A DNA stretch of 64,000 nt from Alloascoidea hylecoeti (Eukaryota), in assembly GCA_001600815.1 (NCBI GenBank), contig BCKZ01000009.1:212194-276193 (forward strand), in the 5' to 3' direction. A program made the translations under genes and the position numbers. Every line of letters starts with the position of its first letter. Within the stretch, counting starts at the first letter, position 1. A model generated the notes under the pieces. The model had not been told where the DNA came from. It saw only the letters and a program-made list of their open reading frames with translations, and ran no database searches. This document shows, in pieces, positions 1 through 10,858 of this stretch.

Positions 1-3000
1 TCGTCAATTGGTGTTATTTTAACCCATGTTATGTCACTTTCTGAAGATATGTACCAACATTTATCAGCTATGGGAATGAATGAATTTCTTGAAAATTTAA
101 ATCCTCCTTTTAATCCTACAATAAATTTCAGCAAATTAACCATGTCGCTTTTTAATTTCTATAGTGACCCACCTGCAAATTGGACCCAACTTTTAGAGGG
201 GGCTCAATCGCTTTTTATTTGTAAAAAGATTCTAAAGGATATTCAAACTTCAAGCCATACAAGTGAGATGATCATGAATATCAGAAGACTAAAGCTAACC
301 ATTTCACTTTCTACCGAAACCTTTACTTCTGGTTTCTCTCTTGTCTCAATAATTGATTGTATTGTGCCATTCTTAATTCCTGAACTAAGTGAAGAAGTAT
401 CTCCTTTGTTAGTTTACCTTCTTCAAGGAGGTGATATGTATCTTCGGTCTGACTCAATAATATACATTCGAACTTTTGTGGCCATCCATCACAGAATCAT
501 TCTCTTTCCATCAGATGAAATGTTGGGCCAAAGTAAATATAAAAGTTTACTGTCGTGGATGAAAGAGAGTTTGGAATCAATTATGGCTTCCAAATCTATC
601 AGTAAATCGTTTATATCATCTAGAAGATTATTGGAAACACTATCGGATTCTATTCTAGAAAGAAATGGGATTTCATTAGAGCAAAAGGATGTCGAACAAA
701 TATTATTAAATAAAGATAAAATATATGATAGCAGTTGCTATGAATCGCTCATTAAGATTCTATCTTATTATTTAGAGACGTATCCAGAGTTTGAGAAGGA
801 TTTAAATAATTGTATTAAGCCCAAGAAGGAGGTATGTCAAACTCTACTTCGATTGGATATAAAACATTTAAAAGGAATCTCAGTTTGGAAATTAAGATAT
901 ATTGGGAGTTATTATTCGTTGTATGGGCCTATAACGTTTGAACCAAAGAAAGAATGGGAATACAATCCGGTTACTAATTATACTTCAAATTCAAAAAAAG
1001 TGTCCAGATATACCCCCATGATCAAAGTATTCGAAGAAATCGAGAAATTTCTACACACCTCAGATTCAATAATTGCTTCCGAAGTATATTCGGCAATTTC
1101 GTGTTTATTTACTGTTCTGCCAGAACTAGGAAACGATATATCTAATACTGTTAAAGTACCTTTTGGGGAAGATATATTGAATAGTTTATGTCATTTTAAA
1201 GATACATCACTTATATTTCCAGTATCTCAAGCAAATGGGTTTTTACGAGGATTCATGGATAATAAAGATACCCCAAATTTGATCGATGACGAATGGCTAT
1301 ACCAATTATGTGCTGCTTTGGTTGGTGAGCTGGCTCAAGTATTTCCCCCATTTGGTTACCTTTCAGGTATATTAAGGTCAATAGTTAGGTTGAAAGAAGT
1401 CATATTTCCCTACATTTGTTACTCATATTTCAGCATTGTTAGCGGAGAACACGATGAACTTGGAGAAATATTTCGACAATCTTTGGCAACCCCTAAAAGA
1501 AAAGCAATACACCGTATTCTGTTACAGGCATATCTTCTTTTAAATTCCGAATCTTCTCATTACCTTAACATCACTCAAGAAGAAAGATGGATGGATATTG
1601 ACGTGAGTGATACTTTTGAATATATGCTAAACGCACACATGCCATTAACCGCATTGATACTGTTTGAATATGAATATTGTGGAAAAGACAATAATGCTAT
1701 GAATGATGATTCCATCGTATCAACTTTGAAGTCAATATATAGTCAAATTAGAGACCCTGATGTGATTTATGGCCTCCCAGTAGTCCCATCATTATTAAAT
1801 ACTCTTCAAATGCCGGACTATGCTAAAAGAGGCTCTAATAGAAAATTGATGTTTGAACTTTCTAATTTTGATTCATCAATTTTTTCGAAAAATAATTATA
1901 GTGACGAGCTTCTAAAGTCACTAGCTGATTCAGGAATGAGTAGAGTATCCATGGCTCTATCAGAATCAGAACTGTTTTATTCCTCTGAAGGATCACAAAC
2001 CTTTAGGAACCAAGATTTTAATGTATACAAATGGGCCTGGAACCTTGGTCAGTGGGACCTTCCCTTGCCTTCGAGCCCCCAAACCACTGATGGTATATTA
2101 TTCAAAACGTTCAAGTCAATACACGATGGGAGAGAAGAGGGATTTGTCTTTAAAGAGTGCCTAGCTGATTTGGCGTCCATAATTGACATAAATAATGAGG
2201 AGGAACAGGTTAATATTCTTGAAACTTCTGCAATTCTGCATGAGGTTGAATCAATTGTGAAGGAAAAGTCGATTATTGGCAGTTGTCATAATAAGTGGAT
2301 TGACTATCAAATACCTGAGTGTTGGAAATATAATGCCAATTTCTGTGACTTTGAGGATATCCTTCTTTCTAGGAAAGTTATTTTTGATATTCTATATAAA
2401 CTAGATCAAGGAGATCCAAAATTAAAAAACACTGTATCATCTCTTGGTCCCGATATGTTACTTGAATGTTGTAAAGCTTCGATAAATTATGCTCATTTTG
2501 CAAGAGATAATGACGAATTACAAAAGGCAACAAATGCGCTAGTTTTGATCAATAAAATTTCAAACCAGATTGACAAGTCAAACAAGGTAACAAGTATCAT
2601 ACCAAGATTGACTTTAATTGAATCAGCGGAAACATTATGGAAATTAGAGGATCAATCAATACCGATAGCAATGTATAATGAGGCGATAAAACAATCTTGT
2701 TCGGACTTAAAAAACGAGAACAGCTTTCTTACGGTTCCTTCTATATTATATGCCCAACTTGTAAGTAGCTTCTCAATGATCATTTATGATTGTAACTAAC
2801 ATCTTAATTTTATATAGGCTGAATGGCTTTCAGAATCTCGACAAGAAGAACCAGATATAATAATGAATCAATATCTTGAAAAGTCTGCAAGTTATCTAAG
2901 TGATATGCCTTCCTCAGATAATATTACCAGTTCTAAAGTTTATCACACTTTTGCAATATTTTGCTGTAAACAATTCCGCCTGATTCAAAATGATGATCAA

Positions 3001-4866
3001 ATCAACAAATTGAATGAACAAAAATCTCATAAAAGAGAAGAAATCTTGGATTACAGGATGCTTATAAAGAAGATAAATAAAGATAATGCAGGGTCCCAAA
3101 AATCGAGGGCCGCAGCAATTAAAGAAGCAGAACATCGTGCCAAAAGGCTCCGTATGCTTTATGAACGTGATAAGGTTGAAGTTGAAAGGTTGGTAAAAAT
3201 AAAATTATCGTTCATTACTAAAAGCATTGTCTACTTTTTAAAAAGCCTTAGTACCGCTGATACATATGATAATGATGTATCACTTTTCGTAACCCTTTGG
3301 CTTTCCAACTCAGATAACTCGGAGGTGAATCAAAGTGTATCAGAAAATATTGAAGGTGTTCCCACTAGGAAATTTATACCATGGATCAATCAATTATCTT
3401 CAAGACTTTTACAGGATAATACAACATTTCAGAAGAATCTAATGGAACTGATTGTGTCTATATGCATTCATCATCCGTATCATAGTCTGTATCAAATTGA
3501 AAATCTTCGCATGTATCAAGCTGTTGAGACGGATAGCACAATCGATTCTAGAATACAAGCAAGTGAGGTCGTATGTAATACATTGCGCCAGAACGCTACC
3601 TACGATAAGGAATTCTATTCTCCAATCAATCAATTTTGTATTAGAGCTTCTGAGATTTCCCAGGTCGATGGTAAGACCTTTGGTACATCCAAAATAAGAG
3701 TTGATAGTGTTGGCGGAAGTTGGTGGGCTAGCAAAATCAAAACTTTGAATATCCCACCTCCAACAATGAATATACCCGTGAGGCATGATTGCAACTACAA
3801 AGATAATATCCCAATCATGCTAAGATTCGATCCATACCTGTCAATTGCACCGAGTGGGTTGAGTCGACCAAAAATTATGGCGTGTCTTACTGCTGATGGA
3901 TCAAAATACAAAATGTTGATGAAGGGTGGTAATGACGATTTGCGACAAGATGCTATAATGGAACAAGTGTTTCAACAAGTTGACAGATTTTTCTTAGGTA
4001 ATAAATTAAGCCGCTCCAGAAATTTGAAAATAAGAACATACAAAGTTATCCCACTAGGTCCAAATGCAGGTGTCATAGAGTTTGTTCAGAATTCTATTGC
4101 CTTGTATGACTTTTTGGGCCCCGCTCATCCAAAGTATTATCCAGATGACTATAATATAAGAAAGGCAAAAGATATGCTAAAAAGCCACAAGAAGAATGAG
4201 CGCTATGATAATTATATGGATATAACTAAAAGTCTTCATCCTGTAATGAGACATTTCTTTTTCGAGAGATATAAGTCGCCAGACGACTGGTTTGAAAGAC
4301 GTCAGTCGTATACAAGGGGAACTGCAACTATTTCGATATTGGGGTATGTTCTGGGTCTAGGAGATCGACACTGTAACAATATATTGCTCGACGAAAACAA
4401 CGGTGATCCAATTCATATCGATTTGGGGGTTGCTTTTGATCAAGGTAAACTATTGCCTCTGCCCGAAGTAGTTCCTTTCCGACTTACAAGAGATATTGTC
4501 GATGGAATGGGAATCACGGGTGTTGAAGGCACATTTAGGCGTTGTTGTGAGATAACACTGAAACTTTTACGTGAACGGGAAGAGGATATTATAGGAATAT
4601 TAGATGTTTTAAGATACGACCCTTTATATTCGTGGACTTTATCTCCCTTGAAAAGACGCAAGATCCAAGAAAATGATCAAGGTAAAACAGCAATACAAGA
4701 TTCTGCCGAGCAAACTGGCACAGAATCTGATACGGCATTAGAGGGGGTTAAAATGAAACTTTCAAAAAAATTAAAAGTAGAGGCAGTTGTAAGACAGTTG
4801 ATACAGGAGGCTACAGATGCAAGAAGACTTTGCTGTTTATTTAATGGCTGGTGTCCTTTTTATTGA
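1..4866 (+). CDS. TEL1: ATM/Tel1 PI3K-related checkpoint kinase, 5'-truncated by the window edge; exons <1..2760 and 2818..4866
   Basis: The frame is open from base 1. Intron 2761..2817 (GTAAGT...AACTAAC...TAG, 57 nt) joins YAQL|AEWLSESRQE in frame with the 2863 ORF. PIKK motifs KGGNDDLRQDA, GLGDRHCNNIL, HIDLG, PEVVPFRLTRD and a FATC-type end LFNGWCPFY. Confidence 0.95.
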
Positions 4867-5401
4867 GCTGGTTGATCATTAATATTCTGGTTTCAAGGTG
4901 TGTTAATTAGGATAAATGAAAACTATATACCGTAATTTTATATATTGTAATCATAAAGTTATAAGTCCGCTATTAATAATTATATTATTATGTTATAGAG
5001 CTCATATGATCAAGTATAAGTTATGCCTGATCATTGTGGGTTCCTTGGACAAGCTTAAGCAACTAAAAAATCAAGACATACTTTTCAAATTTTTCTAAAA
5101 ATAAAATTTCCTAAAAATATAAGCCTATGTAAAAACAGATAATGCTTTCTTTGAATATTCAGGGCCAGGTGCACTATATGGTATATTGTAGCAACTCTCC
5201 TCTAAGCTGCACTGATGGGCATTTTTAGCCTTGAAATGGATCTTATTTCTTCAATCATTTCTTTTACTGGATCTTCTTCAATACAACTGCAAGGAGCCTT
5301 TCCAGCAATCACCGTTACACCGATTAAGTACCTTGAGGAAGGATTTTTCATATTTGTAAATCATATCAGGTCGTGATCTGATACATCAGTAAAGTCCCAC
5401 C

Positions 5402-5426
5402 AAAAAAAAAAAAAAAAAAAAAAAAA
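5402..5426 (+). repeat. poly(A) tract, 25 nt
   Basis: Uninterrupted run of A, flanked by near-direct repeats AAGTCCCACCA and AAGTCCACCA. Confidence 0.9.
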
Positions 5427-6722
5427 TTACAAGTCCACCAGGTCCAACATGATTCTTAATTTCCTCATCTTATTCTATTAGCGCTAACATTACAGACTTT
5501 CTTTATGAGTAGATCTACTAAGTGTTATTTCAATATCTTTACTCCTTTGATTTTCACGGGGGACGTTTTCCTTACATTTTAACTTGTTGGTGATAATACT
5601 AGCTAGGATCAAATGGATACATTGTATAAGCTCAAACTTATAGATTGGTTTGAAACCAGTTGGAATGTTTTCTTTGCTGATCCTAATATTTTTGCTCTTC
5701 TATATATATCTTATTATCTATAAATTGTTTTTTGGAATCGGGAGGGAACTGGTAAGTAAAAGTTCAGAGTTCCTTCATGTAAATAACTTTTTTTTGGCAC
5801 ATATTTTTATGGTGGTGATTAACAAGAAATTAAGTTTTTCACATCGCATTTTTTGGAGGTTTATTTTCCCTTGGCCAAGAAACCTACACTAACTCCGAGC
5901 CATCTGTAGTATAATTCATACAAAGACTAATATCCTAGATGCTTTATATGTGTAATATAAGTGTATGGTAAGTCTCGTAATGGGGTCATCGATCTGCCAG
6001 TTCAGAAAATCATCAAAAATATGCATATGTATATCCGTAAAACTTTATTTTCCAACTTTAAACCCAACTGGCTAATATTAAACAACCCCAAAATTTCCCA
6101 GAAGCTGAAATGGTTTCAAAATTTAGAAGACACACACGCTCGGCTATTTCCCATTTATTGTGGGTTTTGTACACACTCTGAAAATAGCATACATATGCCA
6201 TTATATGGTACTAATTGCAATGATATTGGCACCAGCAGCTCAATCGCTAGATTGCGCAATTGATGAAACTAACTGTAAGCTCTCATTAATATTTGTCTCT
6301 GATAGTGTCAAGTTTTCCTGTAGTCTTCTTTTATAATTCTTTGTAATGCATTAAGGTAATAAATATTTTTAGAAGAGAACCTAAAACAAATAATAGTGGA
6401 AACCACAATTCTTGGGTGATGTTTTTTGCTTCAGTAAAATATTAATGTATCTAATTATAGTGTTTAGAGAAATTCAACTGATTGGTGCTACATTTGTAAA
6501 TAGTGCATATGCATATCAGACCCTGTAATTATAATTGCATTATACATATTACAGAATTACATCTTATTTTAATTCAGTTTCTTTTCACTAAACTAAATTT
6601 GGCATCGGAAGAGACGTGTTATATGAACCTAAATATTAATATTATAAAATCAGACATTCTCCGTATAAAATATTATGGATATCATCTAGATGTAGTATAA
6701 GCTACTGAACGTCAACTACTGG

Positions 6723-7126
6723 TTATCTAGACTACGTAAGATTATAGGTGATCATATACATGAGTTCGTAAACTGAAGTGACTTTTAGTTACGTCTACAG
6801 TTATGATTTTATGTATGTTGATATTATATATGAATATAATAAATAATCAAGAACTGTCTTAGATTAAAGCTCTCTGCTTATCCTATCGATGGGCTTAAAT
6901 CTCTTGCTGCTTTAATATCACCCAAGTGGTAGCTGCAGCAATACTTGATTGATAATGTATATATCTATATCTGTTTAGTTTTCAATTTTTCATACAGTTG
7001 ATACATTGAAATCACAATTATTTTTAAGCTTAATTATAAGTGTAGGTAGGTCTCTTAATTCTGTGGTATGAATTATGATGCAAAATGCTAATAGAATGAA
7101 AGCGCAGACGATAACCTGAAAGATAA
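6723..7126. promoter_or_regulatory. possible GATA-factor (nitrogen catabolite repression) sites upstream of the permease
   Basis: GATAA/TTATC at 6723, 6877 (CTTATC), 6951, 7110 and 7122. The motif is common in AT-rich DNA, so support is weak. Confidence 0.3.
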
Positions 7127-7380
7127 TGCAACGATATTTTGACAATTCTTTTATTCTAAAGTTGACTCGAGTATAACCATAAATTTTTATAATAATATAA
7201 TATCGCCTTCTTAACTTGTTTCATACGTTTTGATTTAACCCAAAAGAAAAGCTAAGCTGTGTCACCTACTTTAGTATAAATTAAGTTTAAATCCTTTAAT
7301 TGTTCAAATTATTCTTGCATCCGCAGATTGATATTATATTAGTTTTGGACTGCTATTTATGAATAATAATAGTATCTAAA

Positions 7381-9108
7381 ATGTCAAATCTCAACAATGA
7401 GTTCAATAACTCTATGGAAAAGTTACACTATCAAACATCTTCGAAAGGAACTGACAACAGTACCAATGAACATGTAAAAAAGGGCGAAGTAGAAGATCGA
7501 GAACAAAAGATAATTAGTCAAGTTGATCCTGAATCTCGAGTCGAGGTGCTTAAAGAAGGGTTAAAAAGTAGGCATGTTCAACTAATTGCATTGGGTGGTT
7601 GTATTGGAACAGGTATGTTTATTGGTTCAGGATCTATTTTGGCGAATTGTGGGCCTGGAAGTCTATTGATTGGATATATCATAATGTCTGTTGTGTTATG
7701 GGATATTATGGTTTGTCTTGGTGAAATGGCAACTTATATTCCTCTCCCAGGTACGAGTGCGTACTCCTTTGTTGATCGTTATTTTGATAGTAGTCTTGGA
7801 TTTGCAGCTGGCTGGAACTACTTTTATGCGTTTTCGATTATTATTCCAGCAGAAATCACGGCGGCAGGAATTATCATTGAGTATTGGACTGACTCTGTTA
7901 ATTCGGCAGTCTGGATTACGATTTTCCTTTTGGTTATCACCATTCTGAATTTTCTTCCAGTATCTTTCTACGGTGAAACTGAGTTTTGGTTTGCTTCAAT
8001 CAAAATCATTTGTATTATAATGTTGTTAATTGTTGGTTTGGTGATCATTTGCGGTGGTGCACCCGATCATGATGCCAAGGGATTTAGATATTGGAATAAT
8101 CCAGGGGCTTTTGTTGAACATCTTACAGGAGGAAGTACGGGGAGATTTTTAGGTGTATGGACAGCTATTATAAAAGCTGGATTTGCGTTTGTGGTTACTC
8201 CAGAGTTGGTCGTGGCTACTAGTGGTGAAACTGAATGTCCAAGAAGAAACTTACCCAAAGCTGCTAATAGATTTATTTATCGGTTGGCATTCTTCTATGT
8301 TGGAGCCGCCATAATTATTGGTACTATCACATCCTCTACAGATAATCAATTGTTGGATGCTATTGCAGCCGGAACTTCAACAGCAGCAGCTTCTCCATTT
8401 GTTATTGGTATTCAAAATGCTGGTATACATGTTCTAAATCATATTGTTAATGCATGTATTTTAACTTCAGCTTGGTCCGCTGGTAATTCATTTGTTTATG
8501 CTGCCTCCAGGACAGCCTATTCATTGGCTATGAGAGGTCAAGGGCCACAGTTTCTGACAAAATGTAACAGATACGGTACCCCATACTACTGTGTAGCCTT
8601 TGCTTTATGTTTTGGTTTGCTTTCATATATGAATGTTAGTAATTCTGCAGCTAACGTCTTTAACTGGTTTGTTAATATTACTACGGTTTCAGGTTATATT
8701 GCTTGGATTGTTGTTTTACTTTCATATTTGAGATTCAGGCAAGCAATCATTTTTAACGGCCTTGAGGACCAATTAACCTATAAGGCACGCTTCCAGCCAT
8801 ATCTTACTTGGGGGGTAATAGTATTCTTAATTATTTTGGCCATAACAAATGGTTATGCTGTTTTTTTCTCTTTCAATGCCGCTGATTTCTTTGCTGCCTA
8901 TATTACGATTCCAATTTTTGCTTTACTTTATGTTGGACATCTTCTTTGGAGGAAGTTCACCTTCCCTGATCAGCCATTAATATTCGTCAAGCCAATTCAT
9001 AGTGTTGATGTGATTACAGGTAAGGCTTTCGCTGATGCACAGGAAGCTAAATATCCACCAAGGATCCCAAGAAATGTCTTGGAGAGAATATGGTTTTGGA
9101 TTGCCTAA
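7381..9108 (+). CDS. PUT4: yeast amino acid transporter (APC/YAT family), proline permease Put4/PrnB-like
   Basis: LKSRHVQLIALGGCIGTG, YGETEFWFASIK, GFRYWNNPG and ASPFVI motifs, about 12 hydrophobic segments, C-terminus ERIWFWIA. Family is certain; the orthologue name is tentative. Confidence 0.8.
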   Translation: MSNLNNEFNNSMEKLHYQTSSKGTDNSTNEHVKKGEVEDREQKIISQVDPESRVEVLKEGLKSRHVQLIALGGCIGTGMFIGSGSILANCGPGSLLIGYIIMSVVLWDIMVCLGEMATYIPLPGTSAYSFVDRYFDSSLGFAAGWNYFYAFSIIIPAEITAAGIIIEYWTDSVNSAVWITIFLLVITILNFLPVSFYGETEFWFASIKIICIIMLLIVGLVIICGGAPDHDAKGFRYWNNPGAFVEHLTGGSTGRFLGVWTAIIKAGFAFVVTPELVVATSGETECPRRNLPKAANRFIYRLAFFYVGAAIIIGTITSSTDNQLLDAIAAGTSTAAASPFVIGIQNAGIHVLNHIVNACILTSAWSAGNSFVYAASRTAYSLAMRGQGPQFLTKCNRYGTPYYCVAFALCFGLLSYMNVSNSAANVFNWFVNITTVSGYIAWIVVLLSYLRFRQAIIFNGLEDQLTYKARFQPYLTWGVIVFLIILAITNGYAVFFSFNAADFFAAYITIPIFALLYVGHLLWRKFTFPDQPLIFVKPIHSVDVITGKAFADAQEAKYPPRIPRNVLERIWFWIA

Positions 9109-9910
9109 GCTTATTTGATCAGGATGTTTATTTAAAACAAATAGTTTGAATACAAACATAATTAATATATACCGTAATATACATGTTTATAATTTTATTC
9201 GTTATTTATTATTTTATATGGGCATATAAGTTATATATATATATGTATACCCTCCCTATAGTTTAAAGGGTCCATAAAAAAGAGCCACATATTTTGGTTT
9301 TGTACATGAATGAAGTGCAAATTGAGTGTAACTGTAGATGTTATTTCGGTATTTTGTACAGCTTTTCCACTCTAAATAAGCCGTATTAGAGAGAATATTA
9401 CGTCAGTTTAATATGTAGATTGTCAGCACATTGGAAAATAAAATTTAGCTACTTAATAATAAATCAAAATATTTCGTCGAGGCTGAGATACATTTAGTTC
9501 AAGTTCCAAGTGTGTTGTTCACTTCAGCGCTTTTATTTTGCGTTATAAGTTTGAAATACAATTCGTCATCAAATTTATGGATAACGTCAAATGTTCGTTC
9601 AACTTCGAATTAGTTTCCCAGATGACAGGTATTTCGTTACTTTTCTTCAATATATTGAGACATTTGGATAAGACTATTGCGCTATATGTAGGTGTTTTTG
9701 ATTATTACGTCATTTGCAGAACAGACACACAAACACACACTAATCTGACGAAATCTTCCCACAGATATGACGAATTCGGAGGGTAAAAGCTGTAATCCCG
9801 AAACAGGGAACACAATTAATCTTGATTACTAATTAACTACATCAATGTGGATATACGGATCATATAAATACATTACAATTACCATTTAGTATTTACAAAC
9901 CCTAACTATT

Positions 9911-10621
9911 ATGTCTGCCAAAAGAGTTGTTTTTGTTGTTGGATCTAACGGAAAAGTTGGCCAGAAGCTCCTACAAAAGTTAGCTACTGCCCAGGACCAA
10001 TTTGTACCTATTAGCCTTGTACGTCAAAAGGAACAGCAACAAAAGTTTGAGAAATTAGGAATTACTTCAAAATTATTCGATATTGCCACTACATCCGTCA
10101 ATGACATTATCGATAAACTTTTTAAACCATACAATTCTGACACTGTTCCAACAACGGTTGTATTTTCTGCTGGTGCTGGTGGTTCAGGAGATGGAAACAT
10201 AATAAATGTTGATCTTGATGGTCCATTTAAATTTGTGGAAGCCATTGAATCATTTAACTCTAAGATTCAATTTGTTATTGTTAGTGCCTTATACTCTTTG
10301 GATCGTACCTTTTGGGAAGGTGGTTCTTTGAATAATTACTATGTTGCAAAACGAATTGCTGATTTATTTGTTTTGCAATCAAAGTTGGAAAACTATGTCG
10401 TTTTACAGCCAGGATTATTACTTGATGGAGAAGGCACAGGAAAAATCAAATCACAAAATGAAATTCCAACTTCTGAAGAGGCCAAGAAAATACCCCATGA
10501 AGATTCAGCCATTTTTAGGGATGATGTCGCAAAGTTTATTGTTTCCATTTTAAAGGATAAAAGTAATCATAATAACAAACAAGTTGTAAGTTTGGTTAAT
10601 GGTGCTCATCCCATCAATTAA
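9911..10621 (+). CDS. atypical SDR / NAD(P)-binding Rossmann protein, YMR090W/YhfK-like
   Basis: VFVVGSNGKVG nucleotide-binding motif, VVFSAGAGG, VDLDG, YYVAKRIAD (YxxxK), LQPGLLLD, IFRDDVA. Confidence 0.85.
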   Translation: MSAKRVVFVVGSNGKVGQKLLQKLATAQDQFVPISLVRQKEQQQKFEKLGITSKLFDIATTSVNDIIDKLFKPYNSDTVPTTVVFSAGAGGSGDGNIINVDLDGPFKFVEAIESFNSKIQFVIVSALYSLDRTFWEGGSLNNYYVAKRIADLFVLQSKLENYVVLQPGLLLDGEGTGKIKSQNEIPTSEEAKKIPHEDSAIFRDDVAKFIVSILKDKSNHNNKQVVSLVNGAHPIN

Positions 10622-10858
10622 CCGTCGTCCAAGCTTGGTAAACTTCCGAATATCACTTTGTTTTAAATTCATAATATATATAGCTATATCTCTGTATATG
10701 TTACTTTTAACAATTTTACTACAATTTATTCTCATGGATGAGATATATATATATATTTATTAATCATATGCAATGGAGGAAATAAATACTTTACCGTGAC
10801 ATAAGACACGAAATTAATTGTAAACTTCATCATACTATGGCTCAGTTCTTTGTTTTGG

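Noticed and set aside
31..4866. Two separate ORFs (922 aa and 667 aa) suggesting a split or pseudogenised TEL1
   Set aside because: A canonical 57-nt intron (2761-2817) joins them in frame.
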